From Eledone cirrhosa (Eukaryota), in NCBI GenBank assembly GCA_964016885.1, contig OZ024759.1:29884001-29948000 (forward strand): 64,000 nt of DNA. Reading direction: 5' to 3'. Shown piece after piece: positions 1-12,655 of the stretch; the stretch's first letter is position 1, and each line of letters starts with the position of its first letter. The notes under the pieces are model-generated. The model did no database searches. It was not told where the DNA came from and saw nothing but the letters and a program-made list of their open reading frames with translations. The translations under genes and the position numbers were made by a program.

Positions 1-224
1 CAACATTGGAGGGTTAATGGCTGCTATCCTCCAACTCCACAGGGTTAATGGCTGCTATCCTCCAACTCCACTTTCATCTCTCTACAGCTGAAGCATCATT
101 TGTCTTATAAACAAATTGAAATCACCACAACTAAGGGAGATGCTTGTTGTGTTCAGCATCCTTACTATGTTGTGATTAATTGACAATCATTGGCTACAGC
201 ATTAACATCAGTGCAGCCAGCACA

Positions 225-900
225 AAACAACAACAACAACAACAACAACAACAATAACCATCAATAGCACTACCACCATCACCACCACCACCACCACCAC
301 AAAGATCATGCCAACTACTGCCGCCACCACCACCACCACCACCACAATCATGCCAACTACCACCACCATTACCACCACCACTACAACAATCATGACAACT
401 ACCACCACCATTACCACCACCACTACAACAATCATGACAACTATCACTACCATCACCACCACCACCACCACCACCACAACTACAAAGATCATGACAACTA
501 CCACCACCATTACCACCACCACTACAACAATCACGACAACTACCACCACCATTACCACCACCACCACCACCACCACTACAACAATCATGACAACTACCAC
601 CACCACCACTACAATCATCGTCACCACCAGAACCACCACAGTCTTTACAATCACCACTACCATTACCACCACCACCACCACCACCACCACTACAATCATC
701 GTCACTACCAGAACCACCACAGTCTTTACAACCACCACTACCATTATCACCACCACCACCACTTTCATCATCAGCATCACCGACACCACCACCACAATCA
801 CCACCACCACTACCATCATCATCACCCCCACCACCACCACCACCACCACAATCACTATCAACACAGACGTCATTACTACCCCTCCCCTCCCCCCCCACCC
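225..900. repeat. degenerate (CAA)/(CAC/ACC)n trinucleotide microsatellite
   Basis: Runs of caa, cac and cat; the ORFs here are poly-T/G/V artefacts. Confidence 0.9.
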
Positions 901-975
901 TCCATTTTGAACTTCAAGAATTATTCCTGTCAGCAGAAGCAGTCTCTCTCTCTCTCCATTTGAAATTAAAATTGG

Positions 976-992
<17 letters not shown>

Positions 993-1006
<14 letters not shown>

Positions 1007-1332
1007 TGAAGAGAGAGAGAGAGAGATAGAGAGATAGGCAGAAAGATGGAGAGAGTGAGAGAGATAGACAGACAGAGAAATGGCAAGAGAGAGAGAGATA
1101 GAGAGAGAGGCAGAAAGATGGAGAGAGTGAGAGAGAGAGAGAGATAGACAGACAGAGAAATGGCAAGAAAGAGAAAGAGGGAGAGAGTGAGAGAGAGAGA
1201 GAGAGATAGACAGACAGAGAAATGGCAAGAGAGAGAGAGAGAGAGAAAGATGGAGAGAGTGAGAGAGAGAGAGAGAGATAGACAGACAGAGAAATGGCAA
1301 GAGAGAGAGAGAGATAGACAGACAGAGAAATG

Positions 1333-1398
<66 letters not shown>

Positions 1399-1415
1399 GG
1401 GAGAGAGAGAGAGAG
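993..1415. repeat. (GA)n microsatellite with recurring GACAGACAGAGAAATGGCAA subunit
   Basis: Direct reading. Confidence 0.9.
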
Positions 1416-1504
1416 TATAAAGCACTGTTGGCAGGTTATGAACTGGTGAACCTAAGTTTCACAATTTCACATCACATTTATTCCACATGAAGAAATTATT
1501 TTGT

Positions 1505-2680
1505 GATGACAACAAGGGTGATGATGATGGTGGTGATGGTGATGGTGGTGATGGTGATGGTGATGGTGATGGTGATGGTGATGATGATGGTGATGGTGAT
1601 GGTGTTGATGGTGATGGTGTTGATGGCGATGATGGTGATGGTGATGATGGTGATGACAATGGTGATGGTGATGATGATGGTGATGATGATGATGATGGTG
1701 ATGATGGTGATGATGGTGATGGTGATGGTGATGGTGTTGATGGCGATGATGGTGATGGTGATGGTGATGGTGTTGATGGCGATGATGGTGATGGTGATGG
1801 TGTTGATGGCGATGATGGTGATGGTGATGGTGATGGTGTTGATGGCGATGATGGTGATGGTGATGACGATGGTGATGGTGATGGTGATGATGGTGGTGAT
1901 GGTGATGACGATGGTGATGATGGTGATGATGGTGGTGATATGATGGTGATGGTATGATGCTGATGGTGATGGTGATGATGGTGATGACGACTAATCACCA
2001 TCAACATAATATCATCATCATATCACCATCATATCACTATCATATCATCATCATCATCATCACCACCATATCACCATCATATCACTATCATATCATCATC
2101 ATCATATCACCATCATATCACCATCATATCATCATCATCATCATCATATCACTATCATATCATCATCACCATCATATCACCATCATATCATCATCATCAC
2201 CATCATATCACTATCATATCATCATCATCATATCACCATCATATCACTATCATATCATCATCACCATCATATCACCATCATATCATCATCATCACCATCA
2301 TATCACTATCATATCATCATCATCATATCACCATCATATCACCATCATATCATCATCATCACCATCATATCATCATCATCATCATCATATCACTATCATA
2401 TCATCATCACCATCATATCACCATCATATCATCATCATCACCATCATATCACTATCATATCATCATCATCATCACCATCATATCACTATCATATCATCAT
2501 CATATCACCATCATATCACCATCATATCATCATCATCACCATCATATCACTATCATATCATCATCATCATCATCATCATATCACTATCATATCATCATCA
2601 TCACCATCATACCACCATCATATCATCATCATCATCACCATCATACCACCATCATATCATCATCATCATCACCATCATCA
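1505..2680. repeat. (GAT/GGT)n tract followed by (CAT/CAC)n tract
   Basis: 1505-1990 is gat/ggt and 1995-2680 is cat/cac. Confidence 0.9.
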
Positions 2681-3160
2681 TTGGAATTATCTCAAATCTC
2701 CACCGCCACACACACACCATCCTAGTTAACATGTAGCTACAGTTGGTAATATACCCTCCCCCCCCCACCCCCGAGCTCTCCCCACCACACCACACACAGC
2801 CATGTTTACAACTACTGTATTTCTGATTAAAGTTGATGAAGTTGATCATCAAAATGTCGACTAAGATAATGTTACTGGTGTTTCAATTAATTTGCTAATA
2901 GTGTTTGCAACAGCTAACACTAACGATTTAGTGAAGAGCTTCTTAGTAAATTAGTCAGACTTACAATAAGAATCTGGTGTACAATTCGTCAATATTCACT
3001 TGAGAGGTGGATTGCTTGGATGGTTGGGGCTGATGGGTTATTTTATTAATTTATTTATTTGATTCTGTCATGGATAGTGTGAGTGTAAGGACGTCTAGCC
3101 CAGACAGATCGGCTGAAAGTGTAAGCAATCTATGTTCAGATGGATGACCAAAGCATCGTT

Positions 3161-4312
3161 GGACAGATTTCACTATGAGCATGTGGTTAGAATGTCTCAG
3201 TAAAGTATCGCTGGACAGATTTCACTATGAGCATGTGGTTAGAATGTCTCAGAAAAGCATCGCTGGACAGATTTCACTATGAGCATGTGGTTAGAATGTC
3301 TCAGAAAAGCATCACTGGACAGATTTCACTATGAGCATGTGGTTAGAATGTCTCAGTAAAGCATCGCTGGACAGATTTCACTATGAGCATGTGGTTAGAA
3401 TGTCTCAGTAAAGTATCGCTGGACAGATTTCACGATGAGCATGTGGTTAGAATGTCTCAGAAAAGAATTGCTGGACAGATTTTGCTATGAACATGTGGTT
3501 AGAATGTCTCAGAAAAGAATTGCTGGACAGATTTCACGATGAGCATGTGGTTAGAATGTCTCAGAAAAGAATTGCCGGACAGATTTCACGATGAGCATGT
3601 GGTTAGAATGTCTCAGAAAAGAATTGCTGGACAGATTTTGCTATGAACATGTGGTTAGAATGTCTCAGAAAAGAATTGCCGGACAGATTTTACTATGAGC
3701 ATATGGTTAGAATGTCTCAGAAAAGAATTGCTGGACAGATTTCACTATGAGCATGTGGTTAGAATGTCTCAGAAAAGAATTGCTGGACAGATTTTACTAT
3801 GAACATGTGGTTAGAATGTCTCAGTAAAGCATCACTGGACAGATTTCACTATGAGCATGTGGTTAGAATGTCTCAGAAAAGAATTGCTGGACAGATTTTA
3901 CTATGAACATGTAGTTAGAATGTCTTAGTAAAGCATCACTGGGCAGATTTCACTATGAGCATGTGGTTAGAATGTCTCAGAAAAGAATTGCTGGACAGAT
4001 TTCACTATGAGCATGTGGTTAGAATGTCTCAGTAAAGTATCGCTGGACAGATTTCACTATGAGCATGTGGTTAGAATGTCTCAGTAAAGCATCACTGGAC
4101 AGATTTCACTATGAGCATGTGGTTAGAATGTCTCAGTAAAGCATCGCTGGACAGATTTCACTATGAGCATGTGGTTAGAATGTCTCAGAAAAGCATCGCT
4201 GGACAGATTTTACTATGAGCATGTGGTTAGAATGTCTCAGAATAGAATTGCTGGACAGATTTTACTATGAGCATGTGGTTAGAATGTCTCAGTAAAGTAT
4301 CGCTGACAGATT
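3161..4312. repeat. 52-bp minisatellite, about 22 copies
   Basis: Unit ggacagatttcactatgagcatgtggttagaatgtctcag(t/a)aaagcatcgct; period 3161->3213. Confidence 0.95.
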
Positions 4313-4398
4313 TTATGGGCAAAACCAACAGGCAGGAGACACAGGGGTAGACCCCGAGCAAAATGGTTGGATAATATCCAGCTGGGTCAAACATTTTC

Positions 4399-4598
4399 NN
4401 NNNNNNNNNNNNNNNNNNNNNNNNNNNNNNNNNNNNNNNNNNNNNNNNNNNNNNNNNNNNNNNNNNNNNNNNNNNNNNNNNNNNNNNNNNNNNNNNNNNN
4501 NNNNNNNNNNNNNNNNNNNNNNNNNNNNNNNNNNNNNNNNNNNNNNNNNNNNNNNNNNNNNNNNNNNNNNNNNNNNNNNNNNNNNNNNNNNNNNNNNN
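4399..4598. other. assembly gap (200 N)
   Basis: Run of n. Confidence 1.
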
Positions 4599-5044
4599 GT
4601 GTGTTAATTCCTTCATCTATTCTTCAATGTAACGCCAATAACGGAAGAGTGGAATAATAAACTTAACATATGCTGTTTACATATCAGTGGACCAATCAGA
4701 ATCAGCTATAATATACATACATATATATATATACACATATACTGTGTCTGTATATATATATATATATATATAAAAGTAAACAAGGCCGTTATCGATGCAA
4801 TCAGTTACTACCTCTAGGCAAACACCTGAAACCAAACGCCAAACTGTTTCCATAACTCCTGCCAAAACAAACCGTACTCATCTCATCAAAATTTGGCATA
4901 ACAAACTCAGCTTACCCATCTTCCCAAACTTGACATACATAAGAGGACTGTAACAGCCACCAAATAGGGAAGACAGACGTGATCAAGCTGCAGCTGTCAT
5001 ATTACGTAGTTTTTGTATAATAAAACCAAATATATATACACACA

Positions 5045-5126
<82 letters not shown>

Positions 5127-5206
5127 ATATATATTTGGTTTTATTATATTGGTTTTATTATACATGTTATATAAACATGTTTTAACGGTTTTAAACTCCT
5201 GGGTAC

Positions 5207-5380
5207 AAGCTGAAGCCGTTTCGACGGCTATTTCTGGACTAGTCCAGAAATACCTGCCGAAACGGCTTGAGCTTTGCCATTGGGGTCATACTTTCTCCTA
5301 TACCCACTCTACTACCCTAAGTATTGAGTACTCTGGTGCGTTATGGTCCATCTGGTTCCTTACCACAACTCCTCCCTTAT
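5207..5380 (+). mobile_element. short PLE-end element, family A (palindromic head plus tail) in (TA)n
   Basis: gccgtttcgacggctatttctggact|agtccagaaatacctgccgaaacggc palindrome; tail taagtattgagtact...ttatggtccatctggttccttaccac shared with 18062, 20280, 24561 and 30425. Confidence 0.7.
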
Positions 5381-5394
5381 ATATATATATATAT

Positions 5395-6286
5395 GGTAAA
5401 CAGAAATAACAACACAATCAGCACAGTATATGGAAGGAATATATTAGGTTAATGCTTGAACTATCAGGAAGAGGGTCTTAACGTTTCAGACGCTAGTCCT
5501 TCATCATCAAAAAGAATGAGAAGTAAGATAGATTGAAGGGGCGGGTGGGTTGGAATTGGAAAAAAAATGTCTTTAGATAAAAATAACAGGTCCTTTCATG
5601 TCGACATCTGTTGGAATGTATATATTGGTCAGTCTATGAACCTTTCAGCTTTCTAGGGACTATATTAAAAAGTAAACAAACCTCATTTGGTCATTCCATG
5701 AGAGTATCTGGGTCAGACTATGCACTTTAAAGCCGACACTTGTACAGCATTTTTGCACTTTTAAAAAAAGTCCATATTTAACTGCCAAACCATTGCATGT
5801 TGTCAAACTGATAATTCCATACCATGTATAGAATTAAAAACCTATTACTTCTGAGTTTTGAATTTTATGTTATGGGAATTTGATACAATATAATACTTAA
5901 TAATGAAGATTGCTGTCGTTCTCCGTTCTGCTTATTGCTTATATATTATGTATAAAATATAGTGTATACATTATGTATGAGTGTATGTATGAGTGTATGT
6001 ATGTTGTATGTATCTATAATGTATGTTGTATTATGTATATGCGTATATATGTATAATTTATGTTGTACTATGTATGTGTGTATAGTATGTATGTATAATG
6101 TATGTATAATGTATGTATGTACAAGTGAGTATTATGTATGTATAATGTATGTATGTACGAGTGTATTTCTTCTGATGAAAGACTAGTGACCGTTAAACGT
6201 TAAGACCCTCTTCCTGCTATTTCAAGCGTTAACTTAATATATTCCTTCCATATACTGTACCGATTGTGTTGTTATTTCTGTTTACC
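5395..6286 (+). mobile_element. decayed PLE 3' fragment with inverted pLTRs (family B)
   Basis: 5395-5510 is the reverse complement of 6165-6286; internal tgttggaatgtatatattggtcagtct reads CWNVYIGQS (GIY-YIG YIG remnant); CTGATGAAAGACTAG at 6172. Confidence 0.65.
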
Positions 6287-6335
<49 letters not shown>

Positions 6336-6382
6336 ATATTAATTCAAGATATTAACAAAATAGATATTCTTGTGATCAAGCA

Positions 6383-6449
6383 TATTTTATTATACATATT
6401 TCAGAGGTACTGAGTTAAGTTCAACAGTACGTCCTCATCAGATAAAATA
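6383..6449 (-). ncRNA. minimal type I hammerhead ribozyme
   Basis: Minus strand TATTTTAT-CTGATGA-stem II(GTACTG/CAGTAC)-GAAAT-ATGT-ATA-ATAAAATA; perfect 8-bp stem I. Confidence 0.8.
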
Positions 6450-6593
6450 AGATGATGCATGACATACCCTGACATAGTAGATGGTTAAGATTCAGTCATA
6501 TATTAATAACTCTGGAAAACCTTTACTGTTGAGTGCTTCCAATCTATTGTAAAACTCATGCTTTGATGTATTCATTGAACCTTGTTTAACTTT

Positions 6594-6682
<89 letters not shown>

Positions 6683-7046
6683 GGGGAAAGAAACTAAAAT
6701 CCTAACATATCAAGTTATATGACTCTAATAATGTACTTCATCTTATAGTAAAAGTACTTTAATTATATATTGATTGATTTTGTAATCTGATAGGGGCTTA
6801 ATCTATTTAAATAGATTTGTGATAGAAATATGGAAGCGGAATAAAATAATTCTTAAATTTTCATGTGACATGATATTCGTGGTGTCTCTTATAATCAAAG
6901 AGCCCTGATTAAATTTCAAAGCATATAATTATATAAGCTATTTGTAATCCTACCTGTGACTCATTAAATATCGCCATTGGACTTGTGGACATAAGAGATG
7001 ATCTGCATCACACACACACACACACACATATATACATATATATATA

Positions 7047-7088
<42 letters not shown>

Positions 7089-7105
7089 CATATATATATA
7101 TATAT

Positions 7106-7176
<71 letters not shown>

Positions 7177-7195
7177 CATATATATATATATATAT

Positions 7196-7228
<33 letters not shown>

Positions 7229-8139
7229 CATACATATATATATATATATATATACACATACATATATATATATATATATACATACATATATATATATATA
7301 TATACATACATATATATATATATATATATACATACATATATATATATACATACATATATATATATATATACAAACATATATATATACATTGTTATATTTG
7401 GGGAGGGTCATATTTGCGTAATATTGCCAGAATTAATAACAGAACACACTCACTGTTTGGTTGGTTTTCGCTTCTCGCTGTCTTTTATATATATATATCT
7501 GCGATCTAACTTACTCGGTCCTCAATGTTGCCATTGACTGACCGGCGGTCAAAAATAAAATAATACAGATACAATATAGACAAACACATATATATATAGT
7601 TTACATAAATCTTTCGTTGCACATCTGCAACATCGTCAGTGGTGTTATATTCATTGTTCCTCCTGTTGTGTTGTATGTCTACGCCATTTTTTTTGTTCAG
7701 TCCGTCTATATATTTATTTATTTGTTTGCTTGTTTGTTTATCTTATTTTATTTTGTCTTCTTTGCGCATGCGTTTGCGTGTGTGATGTGTGACTAGTGTG
7801 TATAGTGTTGTGTCTGCTGGGTGACTAGTGTGTGTTTATGTGCTTGTGTATGTATTTATTTATCTTATTTTATTTTATTTAATTTACTTATTTATTTATT
7901 TATACTTCTCTTAGGTCAGTGTTGTTTGTTTGGGTGTTGTTGTTGTTCCACTCATTCTTTCTGTTTAGCTTTGGTCTTCTAATTTCTATTTCACTGGCCT
8001 CTCTGATTTGCCTATCTGCTGGGTCATTCCTATGTTTAGATATTATTCTAATTTCTATGTTGTCTATGTTACCGTCATGATGTTGTCTAGCATGTTCGTA
8101 TAGTACTGACCCGTTTTTTCGTCCTTTTAGTTCCCCCCA

Positions 8140-10452
8140 GTGTTGGTCTATCCTTTCACCTATGCTACGAGCTGTCTCACCTATGTATGTTGTTGTCGTG
8201 TTTCTACAAGTACCCTCTGTACATCTTATGCTATAGACTACGTTTCTAGTTTTACAGGGATAAAACCTGTAGAAGGCTTGGTTAGCCTCAAGCAGCGCAC
8301 AAGGGATGGTGAGGTAGTGTGTCTACCCACAGATAAGTCTGGTAGGATGTCAATAGATAGCATGCCGAACTACATCGAGGCAATGCAACCCCACATCACC
8401 AACACGAGCGAAGTTGCACAACTAACACACGATGGGAGAGAAAAAATCCTCAACGCTCACATGATGATGTGGACTGACATCCTAAAGCCAAGCAGACGCA
8501 CTGCCAACAACTTCCAGGCGTCTAACAATGGCATACCACCCTTGTATGGGCTCCGCAAAGACCACAAGACAGTCGACGACCCGACAACAGGACCACCAAC
8601 AAGACCTGTATGCGGAGCTAATATAGCTAGCAACTACAGGATCTCCTACTTCCTCTCAATGGTTATACGCCCCATAATCAAGATGTCCCCAGATGTATGT
8701 GAAAGTACAGAGGACCTCCTCAGCAGAATCAGTGAGTGCAACAAAAACAGGAGCCTATCCAACTGCATAATAGGCAGCATGGATGTGGTGTCACTGTACC
8801 CATCCATTAACATTGATTTTGCTGTGAAAAGATGTGTGGAGATGATCATTGAGAGTGAGGTGGAGTTCTGCGACGTCGACACAGACGAACTGGGCCTCCT
8901 ACTTAGACTTACCTACGACACTGACTACCTAGACAGCCATGACCTTAGATGTTTCTGCCCTAGTAGACCTATAAGAGGTAGACCCCCCACCATAACCTCA
9001 ATGGCTAAAAAGACTCCCATAGGAAGGTGGATTGGGTGGACCAAAGCTATACGGACCCCCCAAAACACTGATCAGGTAAGAAAAATGGTCGCACATGCAA
9101 TAGGGGCTAGTATCAAAACTACCCTAAAGGGCCACATATTTAAGTTCAATGAGAAAATCTACACCCAAAATGAGGGAGCAGCCATCGGCGTCAGCATAGC
9201 TGGCGATGTTGCCAACCTTTTCATGGTATGGTGGGAAAGGAGACTTAAAGATCTCCTTAATGAAAGCTCCATAGACCTCATCATGTACTCTCGTTATGTA
9301 GACGATATCAATATAGTTATAAGAACACCCCCACTAGAGAGCACTAACAAGTTTGATTTAGAACGTAGCACGATGGAAAGCATCCAGCAGATAGCTAATT
9401 CCATACACCAGAGTATAACTGTAACTATAGACTTCCCTTCCAAACACCCTAACAATAGACTACCTGTATTAGACACAGAACTCTGGATTAACACTATAGA
9501 CGAGAGAGCCCAAATTCTCCACTCACACTATGCTAAACCCATGGCCTCCAAATACCTGATACTCAAAAACTCAGCAATGTCCAGTAGTGCTAAGTTTAAT
9601 ATTCTGATCGCAGATTTGGTACGAGTGATGAAGAATGTGTCCAGCATGTGCGACCCAACAGAAATGGAAGGACACATCCAACACTTCATCAACCGCATGC
9701 AGTTCTCTGGCTACAACCAAAGAGACAGAGTCAGAGTATACGAAGGAGCCATGGAAAAGTATAAGACCCTCATAGAACTGGACATGAAAGGAATTTGCCC
9801 ACTATACAGGAGCAAATCATGGAATAGCTTAGATAGGGCTAGACATAAGATAGGGAAGGCCACATCATGGTACGACAACCAGAGATATCAGAGTGTCATG
9901 TTTGTGGACGCCACCCCAGGAGGGAAATTAGCTAACCAGTGTAGAAAGGCCCTGAGAAAGACCCACTTAAAAATAAAGGTGGTAGAAAAGCCAGGAACCA
10001 CCATAAAATCCCTGATCAGCAAAACCTACCCTTTTAAGAAAACCCACTGTACCAATAGGAAATGTATCATATGTAAGGTGAACCCCCGGATAAACTGTAA
10101 AACTAGAAACGTAGTCTATAGCATAAGATGTACAGAGGGTACTTGTAGAAACACGACAACAACATACATAGGTGAGACAGCTCGTAGCATAGGTGAAAGG
10201 ATAGACCAACACTGGGGGGAACTAAAAGGACGAAAAAACGGGTCAGTACTATACGAACATGCTAGACAACATCATGACGGTAACATAGACAACATAGAAA
10301 TTAGAATAATATCTAAACATAGGAATGACCCAGCAGATAGGCAAATCAGAGAGGCCAGTGAAATAGAAATTAGAAGACCAAAGCTAAACAGAAAGAATGA
10401 GTGGAACAACAACAACACCCAAACAAACAACACTGACCTAAGAGAAGTATAA
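8140..10452 (+). CDS. Penelope-like reverse transcriptase with C-terminal GIY-YIG endonuclease (5'-truncated; genuine coding part starts at about 8258)
   Basis: PTDKSG, LYGLRKDHK, TRPV, MDVVSLYPSI, QNEGAAIG, RYVDDI, LPVLD, CxxxxCxxC, VVYSIRC...YIGETARS..ER..QH...REA...LN; the first ~39 codons are read from the inverted arm. Confidence 0.92.
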   Translation: MLVYPFTYATSCLTYVCCCRVSTSTLCTSYAIDYVSSFTGIKPVEGLVSLKQRTRDGEVVCLPTDKSGRMSIDSMPNYIEAMQPHITNTSEVAQLTHDGREKILNAHMMMWTDILKPSRRTANNFQASNNGIPPLYGLRKDHKTVDDPTTGPPTRPVCGANIASNYRISYFLSMVIRPIIKMSPDVCESTEDLLSRISECNKNRSLSNCIIGSMDVVSLYPSINIDFAVKRCVEMIIESEVEFCDVDTDELGLLLRLTYDTDYLDSHDLRCFCPSRPIRGRPPTITSMAKKTPIGRWIGWTKAIRTPQNTDQVRKMVAHAIGASIKTTLKGHIFKFNEKIYTQNEGAAIGVSIAGDVANLFMVWWERRLKDLLNESSIDLIMYSRYVDDINIVIRTPPLESTNKFDLERSTMESIQQIANSIHQSITVTIDFPSKHPNNRLPVLDTELWINTIDERAQILHSHYAKPMASKYLILKNSAMSSSAKFNILIADLVRVMKNVSSMCDPTEMEGHIQHFINRMQFSGYNQRDRVRVYEGAMEKYKTLIELDMKGICPLYRSKSWNSLDRARHKIGKATSWYDNQRYQSVMFVDATPGGKLANQCRKALRKTHLKIKVVEKPGTTIKSLISKTYPFKKTHCTNRKCIICKVNPRINCKTRNVVYSIRCTEGTCRNTTTTYIGETARSIGERIDQHWGELKGRKNGSVLYEHARQHHDGNIDNIEIRIISKHRNDPADRQIREASEIEIRRPKLNRKNEWNNNNTQTNNTDLREV

Positions 10453-10712
10453 ATAAATAAATAAGTAAATTAAATAAAATAAAATAAGATAAATAAATAC
10501 ATACACAAGCACATAAACACACACTAGTCACCCAGCAGACACAACACTATACACACTAGTCACACATCACACACGCAAACGCATGCGCAAAGAAGACAAA
10601 ATAAAATAAGATAAACAAACAAGCAAACAAATAAATAAATATATAGACGGACTGAACAAAAAAAATGGCGTAGACATACAACACAACAGGAGGAACAATG
10701 AATATAACACCA

Positions 10713-10740
10713 CTGACGATGTTGCAGATGTGCAACGAAA
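10713..10740 (+). ncRNA. hammerhead-like core in the PLE pLTR (inverted copy at 7612-7639)
   Basis: CTGACGA-T-GTTGCA-GATG-TGCAAC-GAAA; stems I and III are imperfect. Confidence 0.65.
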
Positions 10741-11064
10741 GATTTATGTAAACTATATATATATGTGTTTGTCTATATTGTATCTGTATTATTTTATTTT
10801 TGACCGCCGGTCAGTCAATGGCAACATTGAGGACCGAGTAAGTTAGATCGCAGATATATATATATAAAAGACAGCGAGAAGCGAAAACCAACCAAACAGT
10901 GAGTGTGTTCTGTTATTAATTCTGGCAATATTACGCAAATATGACCCTCCCCAAATATAACAATATCTGTTTCGACACACGATTTCATATAAAAAACCTC
11001 GCAAAACTAATTCATCGCCGCTATATATATACACATATACATATATATATATATACACATATAC

Positions 11065-11165
<101 letters not shown>

Positions 11166-11349
11166 CATACATATATATATACATACATATATATATATAC
11201 ACATACATATATATATACACATACATATATATATACACACATATATACATATACACATACATATATATATATATACATACATATATATATATATACATAC
11301 ATATATATATACATACATATATATATATATACATACATATATATATATG

Positions 11350-11482
11350 GAAAAAGAAAAGAAAAAAACTGAAGCAAACAACACAGTACAATTATGCATT
11401 ATATGAATTTAATGCTTGATATAGTAGAAAAAAGAATCTCTATCTTTCAGACACTAGTCCTTCATCAGAAAATAGAATGAGA
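11350..11482 (-). mobile_element. family B-related PLE end with hammerhead core (11445-11468)
   Basis: Minus strand CTGATGA-A-GGAC-TAGT-GTCT-GAAA; similar to 5395-5520 and 35909-36040. Confidence 0.6.
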
Positions 11483-11649
11483 AAGGAACAGAAAAACTGT
11501 TTTTTTTTAGAGAAAGCATGTGTGTATTCAGTCAGCCATTTTGGAGATAAATCTATGGCCCACCGGTCAAATATGGTCTATAGTTATTCGGATAAAAACT
11601 GTGTTGTAAATGATATTTTTACTCTTCACAGCAAATATAAAAAAGGAAA

Positions 11650-12655
11650 AGCGATTAAATCGACCCCAGTGCATTACTGGTATTTCACTTTATAAGGATG
11701 AAAAACAAAGGTAACCTCAGCTGGATTTGAAATCAGAACATAAAGGAGGGAAACTCTATACAGTAAAGCAACACTCTGCCGATACTGCCAATCCATATCC
11801 TTTGTGTAGCTAATAAAGAAGCTATTTAATAAAAAGAAAACCACTACCAACAACAACAACAAAATCAAAAGAAAATCAACCACAGTAATGTACTTATATT
11901 TCACTTCAGTACGTGACATATATCAAATAATTTCTTCATTTCACTTGTCCTTAGAAATAAATAAATAACTTTTTCAATCGATATACACGCTGGTAAAAAA
12001 AAGGTGAAATATTAATGAAGAACAGAATAATAAAAACAATAATTATGATAATCATAATAATAATTGTTTCTACTTTCGGCACAAGGCCAGCAATTACCCA
12101 GTACATTACTGGTACTTTATTTTATCGACCCCGTAAGGATGAAAGGCAAAGTTAACCTCGGCGGGATTAGAACTCAGAATGGCAAGGGCTGTAACTCAAT
12201 GCGTCAAAGCATGGTGTCCGAATCTAGGTTTCTGATTTAATAATTGTTTCTACTTTTGGCACAAGGCCAGCAATTATCCTAGTGCATTACTGATACTTCA
12301 TTTTATTGAACCTGTAAGGATGAAAAGCAAAAGGCCATAACTCTATGCTGCAATAATAATAATAATAGTAATAATAATGCTTTCTTTATTAGCCACACAG
12401 GGCTCACATTAAGGAGACTTTAAAGAGGGTACAGGACGATAATGATGATGTTGATGATGATAATAATATTTCTACTTTTGGCACAAGGCCAGCAATTATC
12501 TCAGTGCATTACTGGTACTTTATTTTATCAACCCTGTAAGGATGAAAGGCAAAGTTAACCTCGGCGGGATTTGAACTCAGATCATAAAGGGACGTAACTC
12601 TATGATGCAAAGCATGGCGTCCGATCCACTACCGATACTGCCCATCCACCGCCCT
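11650..12655 (-). mobile_element. cluster of 4 octopod-type tRNA-derived SINE copies (11650-11790, 12062-12230, 12241-12350, 12467-12655)
   Basis: Reverse complement of ...gagttcaaatcccgccgaggttaactttgcctttcatccttacggggtcgataaaataaagtaccag...gccttgtgcc..agtagaaacaatt; (AAT)n tails. Confidence 0.85.

Larger units (their letters stand above)
7388..11021 (+). mobile_element. Penelope-like retroelement, 5'-truncated, with 870-bp inverted 3' copy, inserted in (TA)n
   Basis: 7388-8257 is the reverse complement of 10095-10964; RT+GIY-YIG ORF inside; about 57-nt tail at 10965-11021; (TA)n on both sides. Confidence 0.93.

Noticed and set aside
194-2852. Long ORFs (poly-G/C, V, T, D-G, H/I)
   Set aside because: Translations of trinucleotide and dinucleotide microsatellites; open in several frames with no domain signal.
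3161-4312. CRISPR-like appearance of this array and those at 42433, 45259 and 61722
   Set aside because: Contiguous tandem units with no unique spacers, no cas genes and a eukaryotic context.
8140-8257. N-terminus of the 770-aa ORF and the identical ORF 9967-10212(-)
   Set aside because: Antisense reading of the endonuclease region within the inverted arm; not a real N-terminus.
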